A stretch of 64,000 bases of DNA from Octopus vulgaris (lineage: Eukaryota): NCBI GenBank assembly GCA_951406725.2, contig OX597827.1:58528001-58592000 (forward strand), in the 5' to 3' direction. Below the pieces are notes generated by a model. That model was given only the letters and a program-made list of their open reading frames with translations, did no database searches and was not told the DNA's origin. Position numbers and translations under genes: made by a program. Below are positions 24,732-37,800 of the stretch, one piece after another (positions within the stretch are counted from its first letter, which is position 1; each line of letters starts with the position of its first letter).

Positions 24732-26643
24732 TAACATACACACACCTGCATATCCATCCATTAGTGGTTAGGGAAGTGGTTTTCAACTAGGTTCCATATA
24801 GCCCTTGGGTGGGGGTCCATATAAGATTTTGTTGTTAAACTTTATATGTAATAGATTGGTTATAGTTCTAAAACACACAAGTTATTTTAACAATTTTCTT
24901 ATAAAATTCCTAGTACTATATAATTAAAAAGCATGATAGGGTTTTTTTTTTAATAAGGAATGGTTAATAGGGTCCATCCAAATAAAATGGGAATCAAAAG
25001 AGTCCATAGGTAAAATATGATTGAGAACAACTGGGTTAAGGTGTTACATTCATGAGCACAAGATTGTGGCTTTGATTTCCCAAACTGGGAGGTTCTTTGC
25101 TTTCTTGAGCAAAACACTTCATTTCTCTTTGCTCCAGTTGACTCAGCTGTAAATGAGTATAACCTTGCTATGGACTAGCATCCTGTTTAGACAGGAATGT
25201 CATGATCTCAGTTACTTATATGCCTAGTCAGCTGGGTGGTGTCATTTGAATGCTACAACAATGCAAAGAAGTACATTGTGATCAGTGGTGTATAGCAACA
25301 TCTAATGCATATATGCATGCATACATGAGGACTGCTGAAAAGTTCCTGGCTTTAATGGTATTGTGAAGTGCCTGGTTGGAGGCCCAAACTTTCAAATTCT
25401 TTTACAGGGCCTAGGAAAACTGAGCTGCTGCAATAACTAGGTGAATATATTGAATAAAAATCATTATTAACTGATCATCCTGTATTTTGTTTTACTCAAA
25501 GCCAGGGACTTTTCAGCACCCCCTTGTGTATGTGTGTGTATATATATATATATATAAAAAGAATATAAGATGACAGAGAAATAAACGATTATCTTATGAA
25601 CTTCATTAGCTTACAGCTGTTTCTGCTATAAGATGCTGTGGACTCATTGTTGATTGCTTGAGTAATACTTAAGCAATATATATATATATATATATAGGAG
25701 TCATGCTCCTACTTTTCCTTAATATTGTTAAATCTTATCAATTATTTATAAATGTAGAGTGTAATTATAACGTCTTCATTTATGTTGTAAATTTATTTTA
25801 TATTATTGAGACCTGAAGAGTGGCTATGTATCTTTGGATTGAAGAAATATCAATTTTTGAGATTATTGATTTTAATATTGTAGATTTGTATACATAGTCA
25901 CGAAACACGTGTCGTCGTTTTAATGTGTATTATTTAGTATAGAAATTTTCAGTACAATATTAATAATAATGTCGTTTTAATGTGTATATTTTTAATGTAT
26001 ATTATTTAGTATAGAAATTTTTAGTACAATGTTAGTAATATATTTAAATTTATATTTTATTATAGATATCTTTAATTATTAATTAAATTACTTTATGGAG
26101 GTTCTGTCTTTTAATTCTCTCTCTCTATATATATATATATATATTTGCTCACACACTAATACGTAAATAGTCATTCAATATAACATATAGCATTTGTTAC
26201 TTTGAAGATTTGTATTGCATATATTCGTTACTTACGATTACTTACTGCTCTACAACTAATACTTCACTCCAGCCTGTATAAGATTTCTTTCACCATTTCT
26301 GTTTGTTCGTTTTGAGTTCTGATAGGAACACACTTGCATCTATATATAGATGCACATCTCTGTGTATATGCCTCCATGCACACTTTTATTATTCTGACTG
26401 TATAGATATTTATTTATTTATGTTATACAGACACAGCAGTTTAAGCATTTGATTACTAAAATCTCTGCAGCTCATTCTTTACTGTAGTCTGAACCAGACA
26501 ATAACATATTTTTAAAAAATTTAAAATGAATGTACATATCTATTCAAATATGTATGTAAGCGCATATGAACATATATACGTAAGTATGTACATGCAGACA
26601 TGCACATACAAACATCCATCTACGGTAATGCATGCATATGGAT

Positions 26644-26678
<35 letters not shown>

Positions 26679-27354
26679 AAAAGGGAAATTTTACAGATTT
26701 CTCTTGTAAATATTCAGTCGCTACTCAAATCATAACTACCACTCTGTGACATTGTTCATTCTCTTCTGTGATACATTAGCAAGACAAGTGATGTGAAGTG
26801 AAAAGGCTCTGACCTGGAATTAATTTGAGCCATGGACTTAACGTACTGATATTTTCCATGAAAATATAATTGCATTTTAATCATTTTCTTGTTCTTTTTT
26901 TTCTTTTGGCTTCATATTTCACCATTTCATTTTAATTTTGCAACGAAATCTTCAGTTTTCTCCTCAAACCTAACCTTATAATGTATTTATTAATTTGATA
27001 TTCTACTCCTAAGATTAAACCTCACTAATACATAGTTGGTCTTACCATAGAAGCTTTGGTTTTATTTTAGAGGCTCTAGTCCTTGAAGGTTCAATAATTC
27101 ACAGTAGTTATATAGTTTACTGCTTGTTAGTTGTTTTGTTTGTTTGTTTAGTCAAGCACTAAATTTTGATAACTCATTGGTTAAGGTCTTTCACCAGCAC
27201 TAGTTAAAACTTAAAATAAAATTACGCTGACTTTAATTACACTGACTTTAACTCTCTAAAGTGGTATTTATTTTGGGTTTTTTAAAAAATTATTATTATC
27301 AATTATATTTGCTTTAAGGTATCCCTAACAATTTTCTCATTTTTCTAAATTATA

Positions 27355-27392
<38 letters not shown>

Positions 27393-30300
27393 CTTGCTTC
27401 TCATAATAATTGCTTTTCATTTTCCCAAAACTGCTATTACTTGGAAGAGTATTTCATATTTACTTTATGCTATTTACAACAACTTTTCTTTTTAGAAGAC
27501 TCTCTTCCTCAATTTGACCTCTCAATGCTGCCAATAGCCATTTCCTCTCCTCTTTTCTGGAGAAGGGTTTATACTTGCTCTTTGCTACCACCACCAATAA
27601 TCGCAGCTTTTGTAAAGAAGGTTTCTTATATTGGCTCAGAACTACTAACAAATAGCTACTATTTATATTAGAGGGCTCATATTTTCCCCCCTCAATGCAG
27701 CTACCATTAAGGTTCTTTGTCCCTTCCTTGTCAAATGGGTCCTTCAGGTCTGCTTATGCTTCTTAATTACTTTATTCAATGCCTTTATTTCTTTTTCTTT
27801 TTTTTCTTTATACCATTTGAGGGTAAAATGACTTTTTGTTGGCAAAATGTATTTTTTAAATTTAAAAAAAAAAAAAAGATCCCCTTAACAGCATTGTTTT
27901 GTAAGTATAAAAAAAAATCAGTTGTGAAGTAGATCTTATGTTTAAGTGTCTACTTCATGTTGTACCTTATTTTTAACTTTTCATAAATATGAATATATAC
28001 ATTTATGATAAAATGCTAGTTTTTTTTTTGTTTTTTTTTTTTTGTTTTACAAATAACTATTCCATAGCTAATGTTTTGTTTTTATTGAATGACCAAAAAC
28101 TCATTACACTCTCAGAGTGGTTGGCATTAGGAAGGGCATTCAGCCATAGAAGCCTTGCCAAATCAGATCAGAACCTGATGCTATATCAGAATGATTTTTC
28201 TGATGATGATAAAAAAATATTCTTCTGACAGGATAAAATATATTTGATGAAAAGTATCCTTAATGTGAAACAAACTATGGTTTTTGATGTGGAGGTGGAT
28301 ATTTCACTGGACTAAAACATTCCATTAAGCTTTTAAAATCATTCTTTTTTTTTCATAAATTCAACTTGTGAATCTGGGTTAGACCAGCTCTTTTAACTTC
28401 TAAAATAATACCAGTAATATATGACTATATATATCCTGTCTTTATCTGTCAGATATATTCTGTCTTTATCATCATCATACATCCACTTTCCATGCTGGCA
28501 TGGGTTGGACGGTCTGACTGAAAACTGGTAAGCCGGGGAGCTGCATCAGGTTCTGATCTGATTTGGCAAGGTTTCTATGGCTGAATGCCCTTCCTAATGC
28601 CAACCACTCTGAGAGTGTAATGAGTTTTTTATGTGCCACTGGCACAGGTGCCATTGACCTGACATTGGCTACAACTACGGTCTCACTTGGTTTGACTGGT
28701 CTATACAGCACAGTATATTACCAAAAGCCTCACTCACCTGTCACTGCCTCCATGAGGCCCAATGCTCGAACAGTTCTTTTTACATGCCACCTGCACAGGT
28801 GCCAGTCAAATGACACTGGCGTTGGCGATGACTACGATTTCTGTCAAATATATTCTATAAGGTCAGCTTATAAAACCTAGCATATGAAAAGAGCTTTCAG
28901 TAATAAGTAAGCAACATTAACCAGACAAAAGTCTAATGGAGTACAGAGCACATTATTTAGTATCAATTCAGCTGCAGAAATCAATGGAAATCCATCTAAA
29001 TTTGTATGTATAACTTCCTTCAAGGCAAACACCAGATTTTTTTTTTGTAAGGTTTACTCTTGGCATTTCATTCTCTTATGATACAACAAACCAATAAAAC
29101 CATAGTTCAGAGATCTTAATCGGCATTATGGAATATATACACATTTGGAATCTTGCATTCTACAGTTTGTCATTTATCAAGTTCACAGTTGATGCTAGTC
29201 ATCATAATCAAAACAATGGACTTTTGTGGAGAAGTTATGTAATTAGTAGAGAAAGATGTATGTAGATTTGACAATAACTTATAACAATTTTTTCTCAGGA
29301 GGGTCATTATGCCAATAAACACACACACTGGTTCTATTTCACTTTTTTTTTCACTTCTAATTAACTAATTGATTGCTTGATTAACCAAATGATTGATCAA
29401 ACAACTGATTAGTTAATTGGTTAAATGCTTAACCAGTTGACAATTAAAACTTAAAGAAGTGAAATCAAAGCAGTGAGTGTATTATTGGCATTATGACCCT
29501 CTCAAGTTACAACAAAATATAGCATTACACAGAATCCTGTAAACCAAATACAAAAATGAAATTATAACAAATTATCATATTAAGATGTATTTCTGCAAAA
29601 TTTTTCTTCTTTAATTTGGAATTCTGTGTTGTAACTAAATATATTCATTCTGTAAAAAAAATAATAATAAATCACTTTTTTTTTTTTTTTTTTACTAATA
29701 TGTCCTTCAAATTTATACACTCTGTTAGTTGTGTTGAAATACTATCTTAAGAATTACATTTGTTCTTTGTTTCAAGTTATTCTTTGTTGTTTTTGAACAA
29801 ATTTTGACTTTTTAAAAAATATTTTGTAGGTGGATGCTGCTTTGGGTGCAGAAGAAATGCTTACAACACTCACAGAGAAGAATCTAAAACTGGAAGAAGT
29901 AATTGAGCAAATGGAAGAAGAAAAAGCTGATTTGGTAAATTTATCATACTTCTTTGTAATGTTTGTTTTAAATAGTCTAAATTTAGAAGATTTTTAACTC
30001 TTTTTTTAAAAAATTTTTTTATCTGCCTTAAAAGTGAATATTGAGAGATTTCCAGGCTAAAATAGAATCTTTGATTTCTGGAACATGTTCTTCATGAAGT
30101 GATAGATTGCCTGAGTTTTATAGTTAGTGTTACTGATCTACAGTAGTTATTAGTTTATCTACCAAGTTGTGACACTAAGCTGAGCTGCGTCTTCATGACA
30201 CAAGCACTTGACTATAATTTTTTCATGTTGAGTATTGATTTGGAATAATTTTTAGTCATATTTCTAGTTTATTATTATTCATGATGATTGTTTCGACACA

Positions 30301-33300
30301 TCTAGCGTTGATTCCTCATGGGTGGGACACACAACAACTGGTTCAGGAGCATCCGGCAGTGCAGATGTATATTGTCAGGTGATAAATAAAAGTAACCCGT
30401 TGAAATAACAGTTCCACAATGTAACTTCCCATTTTGTAGAAAGAAAAGCAGCCAGACAGAGGAGATATCTTCATTTATATAGAAGATCAAAAATAAAATC
30501 ACAGAGGGCGAAAAGAGAAACAAACATGCAATCCAGTGAGAAAAGTATTAATCAAAGTGTACAGTATTATATATCCATTATGGCTGATCTTACTATTCAG
30601 TTTCACACCAGGAATTTAACAGTGTTAGGTAACAGTCCAATTATGTAACCCTACACTCATCAGAGGTAGCTGTTTGCATATGCATAAGTGCAAGGATAAT
30701 TTGTGTTTGTGTGCGTAAAAGTGTGATTGTAGTGGAAATGTCTGCTTCAGCACATTTCTGTTAACTAGAATATCAAGTCCATATGATTCATGCAAGTCTA
30801 TTCCAGTCCACTCAATTTTTTTCCCTATGTAGGTGGCTGCATTTACCTATGGATATTTGCTGAATGAATGCCTGCTACATAGAATGTGTGAATATCATGA
30901 AGTTGTATATGATCAGTTAATCAGGATTCTAATAAATATATTTGTAGCAGTTGTTTAGAAATGAGACAGCAATGTTTTTAAGATGCAACTTATATTTTTG
31001 GTGTAAGTTTTTAATACATAAAATATAAACATTCCAGGGAAAATTGTTAAGTTGATTGTACTTTTTTTGTTTTTAATTTGAAAAACAACGAAAATCATTT
31101 ATATTTTAATTTAGGAAACCTTACACGAAATGAATGAAGAACTACAAGAAAATGCTCGAGAAACTGAACTGGAATTGCGTGAAGAATTGGACCTCACAAA
31201 TGCACGCCTGCTTGAGGTTGGTTCTTTATAAATTATCTGTCTTTTATTTTTCTTTGCATTTTTTACATGGATTGTAGATGATTACATTAGTGTATAGATT
31301 TTGTTGTTCTTGGTTTAAAAAAAGAAATAGAAATTTCTGGAGAAGGTAGTTTGTTAAAACTCTTTAGCATTCAGATTACTATGTCAAATGTAATGCTTAT
31401 TTATTCACATTAATTTGAATGAATCATTCATTATCTTATCATCATCATCGCTTAATGTCTGCTTTCCATGCTGGCATGGGTTGGACGGTTTGACTGAGGA
31501 CTGGTGAGCCAGAGGCTGCATCAAGCTCAATCTGATCTGGCAAAGTTTCTACAGCTGGATGTCCTTCCTAATGCCAACCACTCCCAGAGTGTTGTAGGTG
31601 CTTTTACCTGCCACCAGCATGAGGGCCAGTCAGGCGGTTCCGGTAATGACCACATTGAAAAGGTGTTTTTTATGTGCTACCTGCACTTGTAGCTTCGAAA
31701 TTTTGATGTGATTATTTTTGAAATGGCATTGTAGAGTAGGTGTGAGAAACCTGATATGGACATTTTGTACATGAAACATGGAAAATATCTGAGCTTGATA
31801 CAGTTGGTTTAAATGCTAAAGGTTTAAGGAAAAACTACGCAAGTGAATATTTAAGTAGCCATATAGGAAGGTGAAAGATGAGAGAGATATATATTCATCA
31901 AGTACATTGGCTTGTTTCTTAAATTATAACATGGAAGGTGTTGCCAACAACCAGGTAATTATAGATTAATGGTATTTAGTTAGCCTGTTTTGTGCTTTAG
32001 GGTTAAAGTCCTGAGCTACTGACCACTAGGTTGTTTGCTGTAGCTCTGCTACAACTGTTGCAATCAGTTCTTGGTCAAGGAACATTCCTGTGCTTCATTT
32101 GCAATTTCACAGTTGAATGCTTGCTTGATGAGGCTGGGGTAATCTAATGTAAGCGTTTGTTTTAATTCAAATCAAAATATTCAAAATTTTCTCTATCATT
32201 TAACTTTACTTATGGAAAACGCTTATGGAATCTTAACTAAAAGGTACAGAGGTAAGCTGGTTTAACCCTTCAGCATTCTGTTTACTCTGTCATCTGTAAT
32301 GCTTGCTTATTCACATTGTTTCGAATTAACCATACATTACCTCATAGCTATGAGATTTTGATGATGCGATTATTTTTAGAATGACGTTGTAGAGTTGGTG
32401 TAAAAGGCCAGATCTGACTGGTTTTGGGGGCTGGATATTTTCACCGATTTAAATGGTTAAGAGATAGAATTACTTATTCAAGCAATATAAGAAACTAAAA
32501 ATGCATCACCTTGACAAAGAAAAAAAAAATATGATCTCTTGCATAGATATAAAAATCTTTCATTTATTAACAGGGGGTGGGGTAATTGTGACATTCATGT
32601 ATTTCCTTCAAACATTGGGGACATAAACAAATTTTCTGAGTCAATGAATGAAGTTGTTGTTTCATGCAAATTCTAAAATTAAAGTAACTAGAAGTGTGTC
32701 TTTTTTTTTTAATTTAGAACAATGATTACATGTTAATGTGTTTGTTGGTTTTTACCTTTACTTTTTTGTTCTTACTTGTTTTTTTATTTACAGAGCAAGC
32801 GAAAAATTGAAGCTGCTTGGGAAAGCATGGCTGACTATGACCAAACTATCTCCAAATTCCGAGATTTGGTCAGTCAACTTCAGGTATGAGGAAAACATAG
32901 CATATCTCATTGTACTTTTATATAGTATTTAACTTTTCTGTTATTGCTATTGCTAAAAGCAATAATAGCTGGTAGAATCTTTCAGAGTTCAAATGACATT
33001 GAAGTCAGTTTTGCCTTTCATCCTTTCAGGAAAGTACAAGTACTAAGGTTGACATAACCGGCTGTCTTCCTGCCCTTAAATTTGCTAACCGTGTCCCAAA
33101 ATTTGTCACATTATTGTTGTTGTTGTTGTTATTATGCCGATGAGCTGGCAGAATTGTTAGCAAGCCGAGTAAAATGCTTGATGGTATTTTGCCTGTTGCT
33201 GCATTCTGAGTTCAAATTCTACCAAGGTTGACTTCACTTTTCATCCTTTCAGGGTCGATAAATTAAGTACCAGTGAAGCACTGGGGTTGATGTACTCAAC

Positions 33301-34818
33301 TTATCCCCTCTCCCAAAATGGCCGGCCTTGTGGCAAAATTTGAAACCATTATTATTATTATTGTTATTATTATTATCAGTACTGCTGCTACTGGAGTTAT
33401 AGCAATTATAGAACATCAGACTAAATGACTTTGACATTTGCTTTTGTTGTCTACATACTGCTTTTAAATCCAGCCAAGATTAACTTTATATTATTGCTCT
33501 GGGGTTTGAAGGAATAAGTATTATTCATTTATTGTTGTTAATCTAATCAGTGATATTTATTCCCAACTTTGTGTCCATCTAAGAAATCATTTCTATTTGA
33601 GAAAAAAAAATAAAAGCATCAATTTTTGGAAAGCTTTTGTTTCAAAGTCTTTCGAGATTACTGATTTTTTTCCAAATTAGGAGTGGTCACTTTGGCCAAC
33701 ACATTCTAAATTAAATATTAAATTTATTCAAATAATCAAATGAAATACAAATACCTGTACCTCACTATGGATTATAGAAGGCTTCAAACCATCAGTGTGA
33801 AGAAAGTTAGAGTTGTATCTGTATTACTTTAATTTTTCTGGGTTTTTTCCTCGTATAAAGTAGGAATCTCTTGTTTAAATAAATGAAAGAAAAGTGGCAA
33901 TATAAACGAAATTTTTGATCCTTTAAACTGCAGTTCGCAAACACGGTATTTGATTCCTCTTTTTCTTTTTTTTTTGTTTTAGGATGACAACAAAGAACTT
34001 CGTAGCAAACAAGCAGAAGCTGAACAAAAGCAAGACACCCCTCCTTTGGAAGTATTTGACTTTAAAACCAAATTTGCTGAAAGCAAGGCATATGCTAAGG
34101 TCAGGAAATTATCAGTTCTTTGTATTTATATATCTTCCTTGATTAAATATATTAACCTCCCTCTCCCATATATATTCAGATGAACATGGTACTTAAGTTG
34201 AGGCACCAGAATTTAGTATGGTATTATCTATACAATTTCAAAATAAGGTGATTAAAATTAGAATAAGCAACAAGGATATCTAGAGATAATGCAGTACAAT
34301 CGTTTCATGCAACTCCATTTAATTGAACAATGCTCTACATTTTAAATTGATGTAATGAAATGATTGCAATCTTCAGCTGCACAAAGACATAGAATTTAAT
34401 TAAATTAGGACACATTAGTATAATTTTACCCAAAATCTCCAAGAGGATAAGGAGATAGACAAAGAACATGTTTTACCAACAACATCACAGTTATATATAT
34501 ATATTTCTTTGTCTCACTTTATCTCTCTCTGCATGTTGCTTGCTTTCTTCTTCCTTCTCAAAATCCTTACAGAATGGTGTGCCATCTGTCGAACTTCAGC
34601 TTTTAGCTCCCTTCAACTAATGCAATAACGTGTTCCTTGTTGATCTGATGTTGTTAGGCATCCGATTATTCTTGGAACATCCACTGCAGAGTTGCAAACA
34701 ACCACAATGGTGAAATGTATGTAGGAACAAATGGTATAGACTTGTGTTTATAGTAATTTGTCCTTTATGTATAATAATGTGTGCACAGATACACACATAC
34801 ACACACACACACGCATAT

Positions 34819-34849
<31 letters not shown>

Positions 34850-37800
34850 TGTGCGTGTGTGATGAAAGCCTTGTGGTTAAATTTGGTAGATGAAAACTAA
34901 AGGCAACTTCTTGTATATGTGTGTGATTTAGTATGTATGTACATGCAGATTTGTGCTTGTCTTTTTTTTCTTGCTTTGTAAACAAGCATTACCATCATAC
35001 AGTGCCATTCATTTCCATCTTATCTGTAAAAACCTAGAAGACACACACAAACAGATGGAACAGATTTTATATAATAGATGATGATGGCATCAAATTGCCA
35101 AAGCAGTAGAATGCCTTAAAATATTTTTTCTGGTTTTCTGTGCCCATAGCACTGAGTTCAGACCCTGTTTAAATCAATTTTACCTTTCATTCTTCTGGAG
35201 CTGATAAAGTACCAGTTCAGGGTGATTGAATGTTTATGTCAAATAGATCACTTTAGAACAGAGGATTCCAAAGTGGGCAGTATTTCCTCTCTGGGGACAG
35301 TGGATCGATCCAGCATGGAAGACATTAAAGAAAAGTGGGGCAGTAATGGGGGGTGGCCAAAAAGGGGTGGTAAATGTAAAACCCCCAGCATAATGGGTTA
35401 ATTAGGTTAAGTTTTATTTGTGAAATATAGTTGTTTTGAATTTGTTTCAGAGAGTGGTTGATGTTTGTGGTGGTGAGAGAAGGGCGGGGGTGCTAGGAAT
35501 GTCGCCTGAGTGTCAAAAGGACGACAGCCTGTAAAAGTTCGGGAATCACTGTTTTAGAGCATAAGAAATTTGCATCACAAGATGAAGGGTGGTCATGGAT
35601 GGGTTGGTATCAGAAGAGTCAAAGGAGGGCTAAGTATGACTCTCCCACTCTTCACATGTTTTAAATGATTATTCCGGAGCATATACACCATCTACTCCAA
35701 TTACTGCTTCCCATTTGCTTGGCAGACGGTCAGACCGTCGTTTAAAGATGTTTTTGTTAAAAATTGTTTTTGCTTTTGTTGAATAAAATTTGTTGGAAAA
35801 AAGCCGCAGTAATTATGCACCAACCCAATAGTTTTATATTGCTGTGTGATTGTAAAAATAGTCAAACAGCAATATACAATGTTAACACTGTTACCCATGC
35901 TAATTCTACTTAAAATAAAAACCAGAGTTCAAAGAAATTCATTTATCCAAATTTGCAAGCTGTACTTATTCTGCACTTTCTCTTCCTTTCGCATTGTTAA
36001 CCACCTGGTTTATTTATAACTAGTAAATATATATATATATATATATTGATAGAAATAGTAAGACAACAAAAGAATGAAGGAGACCTCGATATTATGTAAA
36101 TAGAGGAATTTATCTGTAAATGTAATATGTGACAATTATTCGGTAGACATTATAATACTCCAAGTTTCGGATGTCGGGATGGAAATCCACGCCACCATCT
36201 CTTCAGTTATCCAGCCATCGGAAAAAAGAAACTTGGAGTTTTATCATGGCTACCGAATAATTGTCACATATTACATTTACACACACACACACACACATAT
36301 ATATACCCATGTTTTGAGTTCTATTTTTCCTTGTCAATTAACTTACTAATCTTGTTTTTGATTTGACAGACTATAGATATGGAACTGAGGAAGCTTGATG
36401 TTGCACAAGCTAATGTCCATGTCTCCTTGCTACAATCATTCATGCCAGACACATTCTTGAAAACAGGTGAGCAATATTTTATTATTACCAGCATCGATTG
36501 TAAATGTGGTAGAAATATCTGAGATAGTAAAGTAAAGTGAGACTACAGAAACCCTTTGATATTTTGTTTGGAGACTCACTATTTCTAACAAAGTTCTACT
36601 ATAATTGTCTTTCATCCTATTGAGATTGATAATATAAGTAGCAGTAATACAGAGAGGTTCATTCAACCAACAACATCTCTTCAACACAATCTTTGTCTTG
36701 ATACTTATTGTGACCTCCTTCGGTCATGAATGACCATGGAATTGCACCTAGAAAGTTACCCTCCAAGGCACAAGTCTGGGCAAGGTTGTTTATGGAAGAC
36801 CAGCAGTCGCCCACGCATACCAGCCTCCCCTCTCCATGCCACCAATGTTATCCAAGGTAAAGGCAAAGGCCGATACAGCTTGGCACCAGTGACGTCGCAG
36901 CTCATTTATTAACATGCTAGTGGCTGAGCACTCCACAGACAGGTGTATCCTTTACGTAGTTCTCGGGGAGATTCAGCGTGACACAGTGTGACAAGGCTGA
37001 CTCTTTGAAATACAGGTACCGAACAAGCAAATCTGTGGTATTGAGCAGATTATTTGCTATAATGGTAATTCTGCTTCAGCAAATCAGTGCTGAATCTGTG
37101 TGAAATGTAATGGAAAATAGGTCAGTTTCAAAACATTGATGTCCAGGTGACAAAAGCAAAGTTTGAAGGGAACAGTAGTCATTTCCTTTGATAACTAAAT
37201 AGGAAATAGCACTTACTAACCAAAGAGGAAAATACTGACCAAAGACAAAAAAAATAAAAGTGTAATAGATGTCTGAGAATGTTGCTATTGCTAGTTCAAA
37301 ATTGTCATCCGGTAGGGATAATGAAGATAAATTCAAATATTTTGTACTGTTTCTTCTATAGGTGACAGTGATGCTATCCTCGCTGTATTACTAGTACCAC
37401 GAGCAATCAGTAAAGCTGAGCTGTTGATCAGCCATGTCCGAGACAAGGTTTGTATTTTTCTTTCACCACAACATATTTGAAAAGTTGAATGTTAGTAGTG
37501 ATAGGCAGAATCGATATAGTGCAAATCAGATTTGCCATCCGTCTTTCTAGGGGTCATTAAAATAAATGCTAACCAAAAACTGGGATTACATCAACCCCAG
37601 TACTCATTTGGTACCTATTTTATTGATCCGAAAGGATGAAAAGCAAAGTCAACCTTGGTGGAATTTGAAGTCAGAATTTAGACATGAAATGCTGCCAACA
37701 ATTCTATTTGCTTGCCACCTTTTTCATAATAATAAAATAATAATAATGAAATTATTGTATACAGTGCTCAGGTGCACCACAACTTGTCAAAAGTGCGTAT

